Of a DNA stretch of 64,000 nt, positions 62,038 through 64,000 are shown piece after piece. Under the pieces are notes generated by a model. The model had not been told where the DNA came from, did no database searches, and saw nothing but the letters and a program-made list of their open reading frames with translations. Source of the stretch: Hyphochytrium catenoides. Lineage: Eukaryota > Protista > Hyphochytriomycota. The position numbers and the translations under genes were made by a program. The stretch lies in NCBI GenBank assembly GCA_900088475.1, contig FLMG01003876.1, positions 1-64,000 of the forward strand. The letters are read 5' to 3'. The number at the start of each line of letters is the position of its first letter. Position 1 is the stretch's first letter.

Positions 62038-63111
62038 CTCCGTCTCCAAGCTCGCCTTATTATGGCTGATGATCAGCCAGCCAGCCAAGTGCCATCATCC
62101 ATCAACCCAAAAAAGATCAGAACCCCAGCAGCTTCAATGACACTGGACAACCGCCCAAAGGTCTGCCCCGAAATCAACTGTAATCCTTAGGCATAGGGCA
62201 CAATTTCTGGGAGGAAGATGGCAGAATTGCTGATGGGTGACCTTCTAGTAATCAAATAGATCAGTTCTTGCCTGTCACTGATTTTCCGTTTCAAACTTTC
62301 GCGGTACGGATGGAAATATTGCCTTGAAAGTTACGTCGCACATTTCTTTCTCCTTGATTTTACGCGAACCTTGTCAAAAGCTTGGGACCAACTCAGGGAG
62401 TCTTCCCCCAAGGTACCATGAGTTTGATGGTAGGTCCCCCTCGATAGATAGAGCGGCTTGTGAGGATGGTGAGTGGCTTCGCTCAGTCGGGGTAGCGGCG
62501 TCGTTCCGGGTGGGACAGAGCTTCAAGTTACCCTTTAGTGCAAGGAATCCTATCGTATTCCGCCGTCAGTTGTAGAATAAGGTTGTAATTAGCCATAGCA
62601 GCCTTGAGAAATTCCTCCTGGTCGTCACTCAAAGCAAATCAAGAAACAACTATATCTCTATTGCTCCTCATCCTATCTCTGTCAAACTCTGACTGTTTCG
62701 GTTTGTGGCAGACTAATAAGGTTCTCAACATTCTTTCTTGCAAGCGCATTATCTCCGACTACTCTGTCTGTCGCACACCCCACTCTGTGTTGCTATGAGT
62801 GGTTCACTCCGCTGTCAGAAGTCAGAAGGATCCTTGGAGTCTGTGGGCTCTGAAGCGTTGCTGCACACAGTCAGAGACACTTCGGCTTGAGGCTTGAGCT
62901 TCTCCTCCTCCTCATCGGGTTCTCATCACCTCGTTGTCTCTCCATCACCTCAGCCGAGTCTCCCTCAGTCTGCCAATCGACTTATTGCCACCCTTCATTG
63001 TCGCCCAGCAAGCCTTGCAAGCAACGGACTCATTGACAAGAAGTTTAGTTCAGCTTCCACATCCCTTGAATAGATCACTTCGAAGTCTTCTTTTGAGCAT
63101 CTAAGGTCACG

Positions 63112-64000
63112 ATGAATGGTCTTAAGCGAACTCTTGGCCACTCCCTCCAGCTGGGCAAAGCCCATGCGAGGCAAATGTCAGCCTTCAGCGGCACCTATAA
63201 CTGGCAGGACCCCTTAAACATGAACTCCCTTTTATCCGAGGACGAGCGAATGATTCAGGTTAGTAGTCTTCCCAAGATGGCCATACCAAAGCATGAATCC
63301 CATCGCTAACCTAGTCCTGGTTTCTCTTCTAAGGAAACGGCCAAAGCCTACTGCCAGCAGAGTTTGCAGCCTCGGGTCCTTGAAGCTAACAGACATGAGA
63401 AGTTTGATCGAGAAATCATGTCAGAAATGGGAGAGATGGGGCTCTTGGGCCCACAGATCAAAGGTTACGGCTGTTCGGGAGTAAACTATGTTTCTTACGG
63501 CCTCATTGCCAATGCTGTCGAAAGTGTAAGAAGCCTAGCTGGTGTCTTTTCGTTTTACTGGCACTTAACTCATCCACTCTGTGTTATCCTATCTCTTTTC
63601 TATCCTCCGGCTCGTTTGTCTCTGTTACCCGGATCTACAGGTCGATAGTGGCTACCGCTCTGCTATGAGCGTCCAGTCCTCGCTGGTAATGCACCCAATC
63701 AACACTTTTGGTACAGAGGAGCAGAAGAAGAAGGTGATGATACAAAAGGCATCATTCTAGAGTCTCGAATCTGTGTCCATCGCTCTCTTTTTACCAATTA
63801 GCTCTTCTTTCTCAGCGCTTTATTTCCCAGATCAATGCTTTTCCTTATCGCTGGGTATTGCGTCCTCTCAGTTTCGTCTCACACAGCCTCATGCAATGAC
63901 TGACGTTAAAACTTTCAGTTTCTGCCTGAGCTGGCCAAGGGGAAGCTAGTGGGCTGCTTCGGCCTTACAGAGCCTAATCACGGCTCAGATCCTGGAAGGT
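63112..64000 (+). CDS. GCDH: Glutaryl-CoA dehydrogenase, mitochondrial (5' part, truncated by window end)
   Basis: [21 protein letters not shown]|[15 protein letters not shown]...[30 protein letters not shown]|[27 protein letters not shown]|[25 protein letters not shown]. Confidence 0.96.

Overview
Gene-dense, intron-rich eukaryotic nuclear DNA. The RPL22 sequence and gene repertoire suggest a SAR/stramenopile-like protist, but this is inference. Introns are mostly short (about 50-250 nt) GT-AG with clear CTAAC/CTGAC branch points, and at least two look like GC-AG. I reconstructed about 16 loci by manual splicing, in order: RPL22(-), a ~2000-aa mosaic membrane protein ending in a degenerate GH43-like propeller(+), LRR protein(-), ARM/ankyrin protein(+), MSH2(-), intronless NEF1-like multi-TM protein(+), KDO8P synthase kdsA(-), DUF4460/TCAIM-like(+), intronless class C GPCR with two tandem bacterial-type Venus-flytrap domains(+), frameshifted ankyrin pseudogene(-), low-complexity/ankyrin protein(+), class V aminotransferase (Egt2/LCD-like)(-), intronless arrestin-fold protein with a myristoylation motif(-), unknown 2TM protein(+), IQ-WW-C2H2-RanBP2-MORN protein(-) and the 5' part of GCDH(+). 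The most notable items are the double-VFT class C GPCR, a predicted metal-dependent KDO8P synthase, and near-perfect strand alternation whose only two breaks coincide with unexplained non-coding structures (a GA/CT strand-switch block and a 150-bp tandem array). No tRNA, rRNA, CRISPR array or transposase was recognised. All family assignments come from remembered motifs, not database searches.
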